DNA of 45,540 bases, taken from NCBI GenBank assembly GCA_005223125.1, contig NJBH01000032.1:1-45540 (forward strand), written 5' to 3'. Source of the DNA: Promethearchaeota archaeon Loki_b32 (GTDB lineage Archaea > Asgardarchaeota > Lokiarchaeia > Sigyniarchaeales > SOKP01). The translations under genes were made by a program, and so were the position numbers. Each line of letters begins with the position of its first letter. The first letter of the stretch is position 1. Of this stretch, positions 27,934 to 37,938 are shown piece by piece. The notes under the pieces were generated by a model, which saw only the letters and a list, made by a program, of their open reading frames with translations, was not told the DNA's origin and searched no databases.

Positions 27934-28863
27934 ATGGATCTTAGCACGGGAAAACCTATTGAAATAACAGATAAAAAACTATTTGATGAATATTTCCATA
28001 AATATCCACCAGAGACTTCTGAATTTACATTTACAAACCTCTTCATGTGGAGAAATTATTATAATTTCTTATTCATGGAATTTAAGGCGCATTTAATCTT
28101 ATTTTCTAATGGTTATTTGAAAAAGAGAAAAAAACCAATTAATTCTGACTCTAAAGATTATCTTTACTTCTTTCCTCCGATTGGTTCTTCTCCTGACAAA
28201 ATCATTATTGAATTATTTGAAAATCTAGGAAATATAGAAGTTCATAGGGTTCCAGAGGATATCTGTGAAAAACTAACTGAAAACGAGAAATTTAATAATT
28301 TAAATCTAGTTTGCCTTGAAGATCGGAATAATTGGGATTATGTCTATAATAAAGATGAAATTCTTAATTTAGCGGGAAACAAGTACAGGCAAAATAGAAG
28401 ATGGTTACAAAAATTCTTAAGCAATTATAATTATGATTTTAAATTATTAAAGGAAAACGTTATTGAAAAATGCAAAGAACTTCAGCTTGAATGGTGTTTA
28501 TTGAAGGCATGCACTGAAGACGAAAGTTTAGAAGCGGAACAAGAAGCAATATATGAAGCATTGAACAATTTTAGCACACTTGGCTTTAGCGGAGGGTTAC
28601 TATGCGTGGACGATAAATGTGCTGCTTATACATTTGGTGAAATGTTAAATGAATCAACTTTAATAATTCATATTGAGAAAGCTCATGCGGAATATGAGGG
28701 TTCGTATCAAGCAATCAACAATTTTTTCTTAAAAAACTGCTGTGTAGACACTCTTTATGTTAATAGAGAACAAGATTTAGGAATAGAAGGATTAAGAAGA
28801 GCAAAAGAATCCTATAAACCTCTCAATATGGTAAAGAAAAGTATAATCTATAAAAAAGTGTAA
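27934..28863 (+). CDS. DUF2156 / aminoacyl-phosphatidylglycerol synthase C-terminal-like (GNAT) protein
   Basis: SEFTFTNLFMW, DYVY...L.G.K, HIEKA, YVNREQDLG.EGLRRAKESYKP. Confidence 0.85.
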   Translation: MDLSTGKPIEITDKKLFDEYFHKYPPETSEFTFTNLFMWRNYYNFLFMEFKAHLILFSNGYLKKRKKPINSDSKDYLYFFPPIGSSPDKIIIELFENLGNIEVHRVPEDICEKLTENEKFNNLNLVCLEDRNNWDYVYNKDEILNLAGNKYRQNRRWLQKFLSNYNYDFKLLKENVIEKCKELQLEWCLLKACTEDESLEAEQEAIYEALNNFSTLGFSGGLLCVDDKCAAYTFGEMLNESTLIIHIEKAHAEYEGSYQAINNFFLKNCCVDTLYVNREQDLGIEGLRRAKESYKPLNMVKKSIIYKKV

Positions 28864-28871
28864 TTTAGTTA

Positions 28872-29678
28872 TTATTTACCTCTCAAACTTCTTTTTTTAA
28901 AAGTATATAAGGCTTTTAGGGGCAAGTTTGCCATAAATGCTACATATTCGCGTTCCTTCACTTCAGGATCGTTATTTTGTGCTGTTAATAATTCAATATT
29001 CTTTTTAACAAAATCACGCTGAGCTTTCTGATATTGCTCATAATATTTTTCACTGAAATAGGTATAACCAAAAAAAGGTGCCAATTTTGAATCAATGCTA
29101 AAATATTTGTCATATATTTTTTTTGCATTTGGGAGATCATCAAGGTATAATTCAAAACTATTTAATAATGGATTTAATAAGTCTAGTAGAATTTTAAAAC
29201 TGTGAATGGCGACTCTACAAAAATTAATTTCTCTTTTGTAGAATTCAACTTTTTTTTTTGGATCTGCTGGTGGTTTTGGATTAATCGGACTATATTCAAG
29301 TACTTGTAGTAATTTTTTATTTAATTGATATAATTTTGCAGGGATTTTTCCTTTTTGATGCTTATCAGCTTTTCGTGAAATAATCATACCGTCTTCTTCC
29401 ATACTTTTAAGATGTCTAGCTACTGTAGATTTACTTTGTTCAACCATATGGCTAATTTGGGTTATATTCAATTCATCAAATACTAATAAAATGTTAAAAA
29501 GATCAAATCGTATATTATGTTTACCAAGTAGATGAAAATAGTTTTCAATTGTTTCTATTTCTTTATCATTCAATTTTATTATAATTTCTTCTCCATTTGG
29601 TAAGGTTATAGTGAATTTTTGTTCCTTATCCACTTTTAGCTTATCCGGTACAACTTCACGGTGTTCTTTTTTAGACAT
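28872..29678 (-). CDS. ArsR-like winged-helix transcriptional regulator
   Basis: IRFDLFNIL...ELNITQIS..VEQSKSTVARHLKSMEEDGMI. Confidence 0.8.
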   Translation of the reverse strand: MSKKEHREVVPDKLKVDKEQKFTITLPNGEEIIIKLNDKEIETIENYFHLLGKHNIRFDLFNILLVFDELNITQISHMVEQSKSTVARHLKSMEEDGMIISRKADKHQKGKIPAKLYQLNKKLLQVLEYSPINPKPPADPKKKVEFYKREINFCRVAIHSFKILLDLLNPLLNSFELYLDDLPNAKKIYDKYFSIDSKLAPFFGYTYFSEKYYEQYQKAQRDFVKKNIELLTAQNNDPEVKEREYVAFMANLPLKALYTFKKRSLRGK

Positions 29679-29970
29679 TTTTTAATATCATCTCTCTAAA
29701 ATTCATTATTTTTTTTCATATGTGCTAGTTTCAGTTTTTTTCTTTAATAATAATATAGCGTACTATTTTTTAATTTTTTGGTTTGATAAACCGTTTCATT
29801 AATTTGTGTATTCTAACGTTTAAAATGATTTTATCTTCATTGTAATGATCTTTCTCGATATCATATCCGTGATAAGATTTAAATATGAACCGTCCCAGTA
29901 ATATAATGATATATCGAAAATTAATTTAAAAATAAAAAAAAAGTTGATAAAAAAAATAAATAAGGTGAAA

Positions 29971-30606
29971 ATGGTAGTGAAAAAGAAATTAAAAGTGACT
30001 AGAGCATTGCTAGCTACCTCATTTTTAATAGGTATCATCGCAATTGTGACACCAGTGATCGGTTGTGGCACTAATGGCATTTTAATCATTGCGAAAGGGG
30101 ATGACGGAGATATTGCTGGAGCTACTACTTCAATCATAGCAATGATTGAATTCGATAAAGCTAGCGGCCTCCCTTCAGTGGCACAAGTAAAATTCCAAAC
30201 AAAAATCTATGATGAATCAGGTGAGAAAATTTATTCGATGAAGGGAAAGCTTAAAGATGGTTTAGTTATAAGCGACAGCTTTCAATTTTATTGCGCAGTA
30301 AGAGAAGTCACGTGGATTAATCTTTTGCTTGTTATGGGCGAAGGAGTGATTAAAACAACAGATGCAGATTTGGAGATAGAATATCGAGGGGAAACAATAA
30401 CCTTGCCAAATACGGAAGGTCAATATCTCCCATTTTCCATTTGGATGATGGTAAACCCTAAAGGTGAATACGTTTTAGGTGAAGATCCCGAAGTTTTTAT
30501 TTGGCCACAAGGAGGATGGGCTACTGCTATAATTGTGATTGGTGGAATTCCGACCGTCGGTGTGGTAACCTATTTGACAAAATATATGGAAAAAATGATC
30601 CCATAA
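29971..30606 (+). CDS. Putative secreted protein or lipoprotein
   Basis: AGGTGA before ATG 29971. Basic n-region, hydrophobic h-region and lipobox-like VIGC. Confidence 0.7.
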   Translation: MVVKKKLKVTRALLATSFLIGIIAIVTPVIGCGTNGILIIAKGDDGDIAGATTSIIAMIEFDKASGLPSVAQVKFQTKIYDESGEKIYSMKGKLKDGLVISDSFQFYCAVREVTWINLLLVMGEGVIKTTDADLEIEYRGETITLPNTEGQYLPFSIWMMVNPKGEYVLGEDPEVFIWPQGGWATAIIVIGGIPTVGVVTYLTKYMEKMIP

Positions 30607-30678
30607 CGCTACATCAAGCGTAACAGATAAGAAATAATCATGAGGGTGAATAAGGAAAATTTTAATTTTAAATCAGGA

Positions 30679-30769
30679 TATAGAAAATGGAGGAGTTGGG
30701 TTAGAAAAAATACTTCTAGATGAAGCTACTACTAAACCAATATTCCTCCATTCTATACTTCTTTTTTTT
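30679..30769 (+). terminator. Long imperfect hairpin followed by a T-tract (terminator or structured element)
   Basis: TATAGAAAATGGAGGAGTTGGGTTAG (30679-30704) pairs imperfectly with CTAAACCAATATTCCTCCATTCTATA (30732-30757), followed by CTTCTTTTTTTT. Confidence 0.5.
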
Positions 30770-30855
30770 ATATTTAAAGCTTGATATGTAATCCGAGAAA
30801 AAAAAACACACAGAAAAAATGTAATTTTCTAAAATTAAAAAAAGTGAAAAAACTT

Positions 30856-31389
30856 ATGGAACAAAAAGTAATGAAGGGAGAAATTGATAAAAAGTTTGAT
30901 GAAGCACTTAAACAATTTGAAGAGATATTTCCTAAACTAAATCCTATGGAAGGAGGTTGTGCGGAAGCAACATTGACAGGTATTTTAAATATACTAGGAA
31001 TCCAAGATGGATTAATCAATAACATTACGATTCCTTTATCTGGTGGACTAGGTGGTTATAAGTCTGAAAAAGACTGGTGTGGTCCATGTGGGGCGGTAAT
31101 TGGAGGGTGTGCTGCAGTAGGGGCAATTTTAGGAGGAAAAGGAAGAGAAAAGATGTCGAATGATTTAATTCCCGTTGCTTATATGAAATCGGCACAATTT
31201 GCGAAAGAATTTGAGAAGGAGTTTGGTTCAGTAGTTTGCCCAGATTTATCTGGGTATGATTTCAGTGATCCAAATGCAATGATGAAATACGTTGAAGACG
31301 GTACTTGGGGAAAAAAGTGTTATAAGTACGCTCTATGGGCGATCGACAACATAAGAAAATTAATGCAGGAGGAATTAGTAAAATTTTAG
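30856..31389 (+). CDS. C_GCAxxG_C_C family putative redox protein
   Basis: CAEA, GGLG, CGAVIGG, FEKEFGSVVC, KKC. I prefer ATG 30856 as start. Confidence 0.85.
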   Translation: MEQKVMKGEIDKKFDEALKQFEEIFPKLNPMEGGCAEATLTGILNILGIQDGLINNITIPLSGGLGGYKSEKDWCGPCGAVIGGCAAVGAILGGKGREKMSNDLIPVAYMKSAQFAKEFEKEFGSVVCPDLSGYDFSDPNAMMKYVEDGTWGKKCYKYALWAIDNIRKLMQEELVKF

Positions 31390-31607
31390 TGATAAATTTT
31401 TAAGAACATAAAATCAATAGTGGATTTTTAAATCCAAAAGAAAAAATCAAACTAAATTCTTTTTTTTTTATTTTCTTATTTTAAATTGTTAATTATAATC
31501 TGTAATAATAAAAGCTAAAGATTCGCAACTTTGTTAAAAATTCGCTTAGATTTATATTTTTAAAATTTCTAAGATCATTATAACTTATATTAATTTACGT
31601 GGTATTA

Positions 31608-33266
31608 ATGTCAGAAGAAAGTACACAAGAAGAAAAACCTGTAGGTAGATTAACGGGTAAGACAACTACTCATACGGTTACAGTTGTATTTGAGGGTGCT
31701 CCAGTTGAAAGAAATAATTATTTAACTATTTATGGAGAGAGAGATGAAGAAGGAAATAAAGAATATTTTGTGCTTTACATTACTGATATGTGGACCGAGG
31801 ATAAGGGGCGCATGGCTAAATTAGCGATATTAGGTGAAAGACCAAAAAGACCATTTGAAATCGGCCTAGATGTCTTTATGGCAAAAGAGGAACAGATAGC
31901 AAAAATTTTAGGAATATTTAATCCCCCTGAGGAATCAGTTTCTCTTGGAAATTTAATTGGATATCCTTATGAAGTATATTTATTAATTAAAAATTTTGGC
32001 AGGATTTTCATTACTGGGAAATCTGGTTCTGGTAAATCTTATACAATGGGAGTATTATGCGAGGAATTTCTTAAGAAGGGAATTCCTCTTGTAATTTTAG
32101 ATAGACACGGAGAATATGGTAGTTTAAAGGTTGCTGGCGAAGATTTACCAGAAGGTGAAAGTGAGTTTGTAGATAGAATTGTTGAATTTTCTGATTTAAA
32201 GAAAAATAAAGGTGGAGATGTTGATATTGAGTACTTATTTTCATTAAAACCTTCGGATATTGTTGCACCTAATTTATGTACCGTAGTTAATCTAAATGGT
32301 TTAGCTTTAGAAGTTCAAGAAGCTGTAGCAGGTAAATTACTAAAGAAATTATATGATGCAAGCACAACAAGAGGAATACCTCCTTTCTACTTGTTTTTAG
32401 ACGAAGCTCACTTATTTGCTGGAAAGAAACAGACAGAAACGTGTGAGATCGTAAAGTTATTTGCTCAAGAAGGGAGGAAGTTCGGGGCTAATATAGTTAT
32501 CGGGACTCAGCGTCCTCAGTTATTAGATACAACCATTCGAGCTCAAGCAGGAACTTGGGTTGTTCACAACTTATCAGATATAAGAGATATTGGAATTACT
32601 ATATCAAGCGCAGAAGATTTAAGCAATGAAAACAAATCAGATATTTCAGGGCTAGATAAAGGACAAGCTATAGTCTGTGGAGAAGCTGTGAAAGGTATTC
32701 CTCTCTTTGTTAAAATAAGAGCACGTCGAACCAAGCATGGGGGGGTTAGCTTTAATCCTTTAGATTTCCTTTCAGGAAACACCGTAGAAGAGCTTCAAAA
32801 ACGTAAGGAGAGACTTTTAGGGGGAAAATCCGCTGATGAGTTAGAAACGGGAAAATCTATGTTTGAAGAAATGCTGGGACCTAAAAAAGCTGGAGATTAT
32901 TTAAATGAAATTGCCTCGTTAAAAGTGAGAATTAAAGAATTAGAAGATGAAGTATCTCGTTTGAAGCTGAAAGTAGCTGATGTTAAAGAGGGAAAAGAAA
33001 TTCCACTCATAGCTACGGATGAAACTATAGAAGAATTACAAACTCAAATTAACGTATGGAAGGAAAAATACAATTTCTTGAAAGAAATGGCTGAAAAAGG
33101 CGGAGATGACATGATTCCTTTAGATGAAGGTAGTGAACAGGTATTAGATTTGAACAATAAAATTATCGAGCTTGAAGCACAGGTCAGAAAATACAAATCC
33201 AGATCTGATGATGCATTGATATTAGCTGAAAAGACAATAGCTGAACTTAAGAAGAGAAAAAAATAA
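31608..33266 (+). CDS. HerA/FtsK-superfamily ATPase with C-terminal coiled coil
   Basis: N-terminal HAS-barrel-like region, GKSGSGKS, DRHGEY, LDEAH, EGRKFG, TQRP. GTG 31599 is an alternative start. Confidence 0.85.
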   Translation: MSEESTQEEKPVGRLTGKTTTHTVTVVFEGAPVERNNYLTIYGERDEEGNKEYFVLYITDMWTEDKGRMAKLAILGERPKRPFEIGLDVFMAKEEQIAKILGIFNPPEESVSLGNLIGYPYEVYLLIKNFGRIFITGKSGSGKSYTMGVLCEEFLKKGIPLVILDRHGEYGSLKVAGEDLPEGESEFVDRIVEFSDLKKNKGGDVDIEYLFSLKPSDIVAPNLCTVVNLNGLALEVQEAVAGKLLKKLYDASTTRGIPPFYLFLDEAHLFAGKKQTETCEIVKLFAQEGRKFGANIVIGTQRPQLLDTTIRAQAGTWVVHNLSDIRDIGITISSAEDLSNENKSDISGLDKGQAIVCGEAVKGIPLFVKIRARRTKHGGVSFNPLDFLSGNTVEELQKRKERLLGGKSADELETGKSMFEEMLGPKKAGDYLNEIASLKVRIKELEDEVSRLKLKVADVKEGKEIPLIATDETIEELQTQINVWKEKYNFLKEMAEKGGDDMIPLDEGSEQVLDLNNKIIELEAQVRKYKSRSDDALILAEKTIAELKKRKK

Positions 33267-33395
33267 TTTATATCTACCATTGTTTTTTAAAATTGGATTT
33301 TTTCTATATTTTTTTAGTTATATCAATAATTTGATTAACTAATTTTAATTATCTCAAATTATTTAATTAGATAATAACGTTGTATAATTTTAATC

Positions 33396-34475
33396 ATGAA
33401 TAGTAAAGCATTAAATATTGAAAGTATTAAGGAATTGCAGAAAAAATTATCAACATTACTTGGCGTTTCTGGACATGAAGGGGAAGTGAGTGCTTTTATC
33501 CTTGAAGAGATTGAAAAAAGAGATTTAGCTGATAAGTCGTGGATAGATCCGCTCGGAAATGTTTTAGCCATAAAAGAAGGGAGTGTTGGAGATAACAGGA
33601 TTTTATTAGACGCTCACATAGACGAAATAGGCTTTATGATCTCTCATATTGATAAAAAAGGTTTCTTACATTTTGTTTCAATAGGTGGTTGGGATAACAG
33701 AATCCTTTTAGGACAGTCTATTATTTTGGAATCAGGAGAGGGTAAGATTTTTCATGGTATTATAGGATCAAAGCCGCCTCATCTTTCTACTATGGAAGAA
33801 AGAAAAAAAGTTGTCGATATTCCTAACATGTATATTGATATTGGAATGAGTTCTGATGAAGAAGTACTCGGTAATAGTATTAATATAGGTTCCATAGGCA
33901 CTTTAACGAGTCCTTATGTTGAGTTTCCTAATGGGATGGTTCGTGGCAAGGCTTTTGATGATCGAACAGGATGTAATGTTTTACTCCACACAATGATGCT
34001 TTTAAAAGAAAGAGAATATTCTAACACTGTTGTGTTTAATTTCGCAGCACAAGAAGAAGTGGGAGGATATGGTGCAATGACTGGTGCATATAGCCTTAAA
34101 CCTACAATGGCTCTTGCAATAGAAAATACAACGGCAGGAGATGTACCAGGTATAAGAGATTCTGAAATTCCGGTATATATAGGAAGAGGACCAGCAATTA
34201 CAGTTGCAGATAAGTCAATTATCACAAACCCTAAAATAAATAGAAGATTGATAAAGAATGCGGAATTAGAAGATGTTAAGTATCAATATAAAAAACCACG
34301 ATATGGAGGAACTGATGCTGGTAAAATCCAATTTATACGTAGTGGTGTTCCAAGCTCGGTTGTTTCTGTTCCGTGTAGATATATTCATTCTCCAACATCC
34401 TTATTAAAACTTGAAGATATTGTTGAAACCGTAAAATTACTTGAAGTATTTATACGAAATCCAGCTAACCTCTAG
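33396..34475 (+). CDS. M42-family (TET) aminopeptidase
   Basis: GVSGHE, AHIDE, KAFDDR, QEEVG, GGTDAG, RYIHSP. Confidence 0.92.
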   Translation: MNSKALNIESIKELQKKLSTLLGVSGHEGEVSAFILEEIEKRDLADKSWIDPLGNVLAIKEGSVGDNRILLDAHIDEIGFMISHIDKKGFLHFVSIGGWDNRILLGQSIILESGEGKIFHGIIGSKPPHLSTMEERKKVVDIPNMYIDIGMSSDEEVLGNSINIGSIGTLTSPYVEFPNGMVRGKAFDDRTGCNVLLHTMMLLKEREYSNTVVFNFAAQEEVGGYGAMTGAYSLKPTMALAIENTTAGDVPGIRDSEIPVYIGRGPAITVADKSIITNPKINRRLIKNAELEDVKYQYKKPRYGGTDAGKIQFIRSGVPSSVVSVPCRYIHSPTSLLKLEDIVETVKLLEVFIRNPANL

Positions 34476-34611
34476 TTATTTAACCAAGTTTCTAAATTTA
34501 ATTTATATTTTTGACAATTGTTTCTAAGATCTTAAAAAAGTTAATAAATTCTAACATCAAATTATCTTTAATTTAAGTTTCTAATAAAAACTAAAATGCA
34601 GTGAATTCTTT

Positions 34612-36297
34612 ATGACACGAGTAGATATTACAAAGAAGAGAATTATATTAATATCAATATTTCTCTTGACGTTTATCATAGGTACAATATTAATCTTTAT
34701 CACACCAATTGGAATAAAATCTACTTATGGTAAGACGGTAACAACATCAGATGGGGTTATGATTTCATTTAATGTATTTGAACCAAAAAATGGTGGAACA
34801 AATAAGAAAGCAGTTATTTTGGGCCATGGTGTAATGTCAAATAAAGAGATGTTAAAAGATTTTGCAATAGAATTTGCTGCGGCTGGTTTTGTCGCTGTTC
34901 CTTTTGACTTTAGAGGTCATGGACAGAGCACTGGAGAGCACAGAGGGGGTTCATTAACAAATGACATACAAGCGATAGTCTCATATCTCAATACAAGACT
35001 AGATATTGACACATCTAATCTTGCGTATTTAGGATATTCGATGGGTGGAGTAGGGATACAGGTAGTAAATGAATCAACTGATTTCAAATGTTTCATAGGG
35101 GCAGGAACTAGATTACCTACAGATGTAAGAAAAGGAAATTCTACAGCACCCTTAAATATATTAATGATTCTTGGAAGATATGATGAGTTAATTTCACCTG
35201 AAGATCTAAAAGTTGGATTATACGATTATACGGGTATACCTGCCACTGATCTCGACGTAAATCAATTATATGGAAGCTTTCAAGAAGGTAATGCTTCTAT
35301 GATTTATCTGGATGATTTAACTAATCATGTTTTAGGAAATTGGGATCCAGATTTCATCAGAGAAGCAAGAAATTTTCTAGGAAATGTGTTTCCTGATGTG
35401 AGGCCTGTAGATGAGAATTATATTATGAATACTAGATTATTAATCCTTTCTCTGCAACTTTTCGGAGGTTTAGGATTTTTCGTTCTGATAATTGATCCTC
35501 TCTCTCAGCTTATTCTAAAATCAAAAGAAGAAGAACTATTCAAACTTGAATTAGAAGATGGAAATATTATTAGTATCGGAAGTAAAACATTTGCATATTC
35601 ATTGATACTTGGACTACCAGGAATTTTTATTTTTATACCAATTTTACTCTTGTTATTTTTAGCAGTTGCAGGATTTGTTTCAGCCTTATTATTTGGACAA
35701 GCCTTTGGAATTCTAATACTACTTTGGAGAATTGGAAAGAAAAGAGATATACGTTTAATTGAAACAATCAAAAAACCATTTAAAACTTCAAGAAGTAATA
35801 TAATAAGACAATTTTTATTAGGAATACTTCTAGCTTTTATTTTAACTTTAATAATCTACCTTTCGGGAGGGTTAAATTATATAGGAATGATTCCTTCGGT
35901 TATTAAAATTGTCTGGGTACCATTATTTTTATTTATAAATTTTATAATTTTTATGGTATATGGGCTAGTGTTTCATGGAATTCTACAAAACAAATTCGGA
36001 GAGGATACTAAGTCTCTTATAAAAGTCTCAGTTATGATTTTCGGAACTCTCTTTCTATATTGGTTTACATACTTATTTATCGTTGCCTTAGTTATGGGGA
36101 GCTTTTTTTATTTTGGATCTTTCATTCCTTTTGCGATACCACTTTTCTTACTAAATGCGTTTACCTCTGCCCTAATCTACAAGAAGAGTGGAAATATAAT
36201 TGCTGGAGCTATTGTTAATACATTGTTTTTTACATTAATGATTTGTACAATATCACCATATCAAAGTGGATTAAGTTTCATAATGGGATTTATCTAA
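34612..36297 (+). CDS. Membrane-bound alpha/beta hydrolase with multi-TM C-terminal domain
   Basis: N-terminal TM, HG, DFRGHGQS, GYSMG nucleophile motif, multiple hydrophobic helices in the C-terminal half. Confidence 0.85.
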   Translation: MTRVDITKKRIILISIFLLTFIIGTILIFITPIGIKSTYGKTVTTSDGVMISFNVFEPKNGGTNKKAVILGHGVMSNKEMLKDFAIEFAAAGFVAVPFDFRGHGQSTGEHRGGSLTNDIQAIVSYLNTRLDIDTSNLAYLGYSMGGVGIQVVNESTDFKCFIGAGTRLPTDVRKGNSTAPLNILMILGRYDELISPEDLKVGLYDYTGIPATDLDVNQLYGSFQEGNASMIYLDDLTNHVLGNWDPDFIREARNFLGNVFPDVRPVDENYIMNTRLLILSLQLFGGLGFFVLIIDPLSQLILKSKEEELFKLELEDGNIISIGSKTFAYSLILGLPGIFIFIPILLLLFLAVAGFVSALLFGQAFGILILLWRIGKKRDIRLIETIKKPFKTSRSNIIRQFLLGILLAFILTLIIYLSGGLNYIGMIPSVIKIVWVPLFLFINFIIFMVYGLVFHGILQNKFGEDTKSLIKVSVMIFGTLFLYWFTYLFIVALVMGSFFYFGSFIPFAIPLFLLNAFTSALIYKKSGNIIAGAIVNTLFFTLMICTISPYQSGLSFIMGFI

Positions 36298-36403
36298 GTA
36301 CATTTAAATTTCCTTTTTTTTAGATTTTATAATATAATAAAACAGAGTTCAACAAAATCATAATTAAAAATTTTAAATTAGAATAAGTCTTATTTTTGTA
36401 GTG

Positions 36404-37441
36404 ATGAGTCAAAACCAGATATTGTGTATTACGTATTTTGATCAAGTTATTGGACCTAGTACTTTTTATTCCAGTGAGCTGTTAACCATATCCACTGATA
36501 CTCCTGATATAAACAGAATCCTTGAATTCAATGAAGAAGAGGGAACTTTCATTTTTGCTTATAGAAAGTTTCAAACAGTTAATCATATCTTTTTTATAGA
36601 TTCCGATTTAGCACGAGGAGGCAAAGAGTTAATGATGATTACTTATATGATCAAAACGGCGATTTTTAAAGATGAGATTGTAGATGTTTTCAGGTATTTA
36701 GATTCAAAAGGTCCTGTTTTAGAGGATTTTGCTTCCGATATTAAGAGATTAAATGAGTTAACACCATTTTTACACGTAAAGAAGAGTGGTTTAAATAGTG
36801 ATTATGCGTTAGAATTAGCTAATGAAGAATTAAAACACAGCTTTTTGAACATTTTCAATAAATATTTTAAGAAATTAGCCCCTAAATACCGATTAGAAAC
36901 CCCGATAAAAGACAAACGTCTGATAAAAAAAATCTTTATAATTGGAGGTCCAAGAGTTGGTAAAACTACATTTTTGAAAAATATTGAATTAATTCAATTC
37001 TTAAATATTAAAAGAAATGATTTACCAAGTAGAATTTTTGAAGTAGTTATTGAAAACCTCGAAATCTTGAAATATGATAAAAATTTAAGTCAATTTGAAT
37101 GCAAGGAATTTGAAAATTTGGAAAATTGTGTAAGTTTCTCTCAGGGTTTTATTCTTCTATTTAATTTGTCAGACAAAGATTCAGCTCTGAAAACAAAAGA
37201 AATTTTTCAAATCGTTGATAACACTCGACTAGAATTAGAAGCTGATTTGACTCCAATATTAATAATTGGAAATAAATTTTATGATAAGGAAGAATTGGAG
37301 CCAGAATTTATTTATAAAACTTTTGAAATAAAAGAATTAAGAGAATTAGGAGTTAAAATCAAGTATTTTCCAATAAATATTCTCAAAGAAGATGAAAAAA
37401 CTATGGATGCACTAAGATGGCTAATAAAAACCATAGTTTAG
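36404..37441 (+). CDS. uDENN/longin-like domain fused to a degenerate small-GTPase domain
   Basis: N-terminal ILCITYFDQVIGP hairpin and ARGGKELMMI. C-terminal IFIIGGPRVGKTT, GFILLFNL, ILIIGNKFYD. No DxxG seen. Confidence 0.7.
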   Translation: MSQNQILCITYFDQVIGPSTFYSSELLTISTDTPDINRILEFNEEEGTFIFAYRKFQTVNHIFFIDSDLARGGKELMMITYMIKTAIFKDEIVDVFRYLDSKGPVLEDFASDIKRLNELTPFLHVKKSGLNSDYALELANEELKHSFLNIFNKYFKKLAPKYRLETPIKDKRLIKKIFIIGGPRVGKTTFLKNIELIQFLNIKRNDLPSRIFEVVIENLEILKYDKNLSQFECKEFENLENCVSFSQGFILLFNLSDKDSALKTKEIFQIVDNTRLELEADLTPILIIGNKFYDKEELEPEFIYKTFEIKELRELGVKIKYFPINILKEDEKTMDALRWLIKTIV

Positions 37442-37581
37442 CTTCAAATTCAAAATTAAAGCATGTCATAAGATTTCTTACCATTCAATTGAGCATCCAG
37501 CAAATCTTATAAATCATTATAAATATAATAAATAAAAACAGTAAAGCATTCAATCTAAAATAACATTCTAAAGCAGAAAAA

Positions 37582-37938
37582 ATGGCATTTAAGGGTATTG
37601 GTTGGGGAATCATATTTGTAATTACTGCGGTAATATATTCTGCAATTCCCACTTACCTAATAATTAGGTTTTGGGTATGGTTAAACAGTTTTCCAGTATA
37701 TACTTTATCATTGTTTATGCTATTTTTATGGATTGTTGCAATCATCATTGTTTTGATTTATATTGTAGCTATGATAAGAGCCTTTATACAAAGAAATAAT
37801 AAAGAGGGTCTAGGTATCCCAAAAGGAGTTAAAGGTTTTGGGTTAGTTTCCAGTATAATAGTTGTATCGTTTATGTTAATATGGTATTTTATATTCAACC
37901 AAATCGCTTTTTTCTCTATGATTCCACCTCCACCTTAA
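37582..37938 (+). CDS. Small membrane protein (3 TM)
   Basis: 118 aa, three hydrophobic segments. 3' end overlaps the convergent GGR gene by 23 nt. Confidence 0.75.
   Translation: MAFKGIGWGIIFVITAVIYSAIPTYLIIRFWVWLNSFPVYTLSLFMLFLWIVAIIIVLIYIVAMIRAFIQRNNKEGLGIPKGVKGFGLVSSIIVVSFMLIWYFIFNQIAFFSMIPPPP

Noticed and set aside
30781-30855. N-terminal extensions from upstream TTG/GTG starts in the ORF track (also 29944, 12076, 14072, 19469)
   Set aside because: The extensions are A-rich and low-complexity, or very short. Downstream ATGs fit SD-like motifs or family starts better.
37916-37938. Convergent 23-nt overlap as a regulatory antisense system
   Set aside because: Short 3' overlaps are common in compact genomes, and nothing else supports a function.
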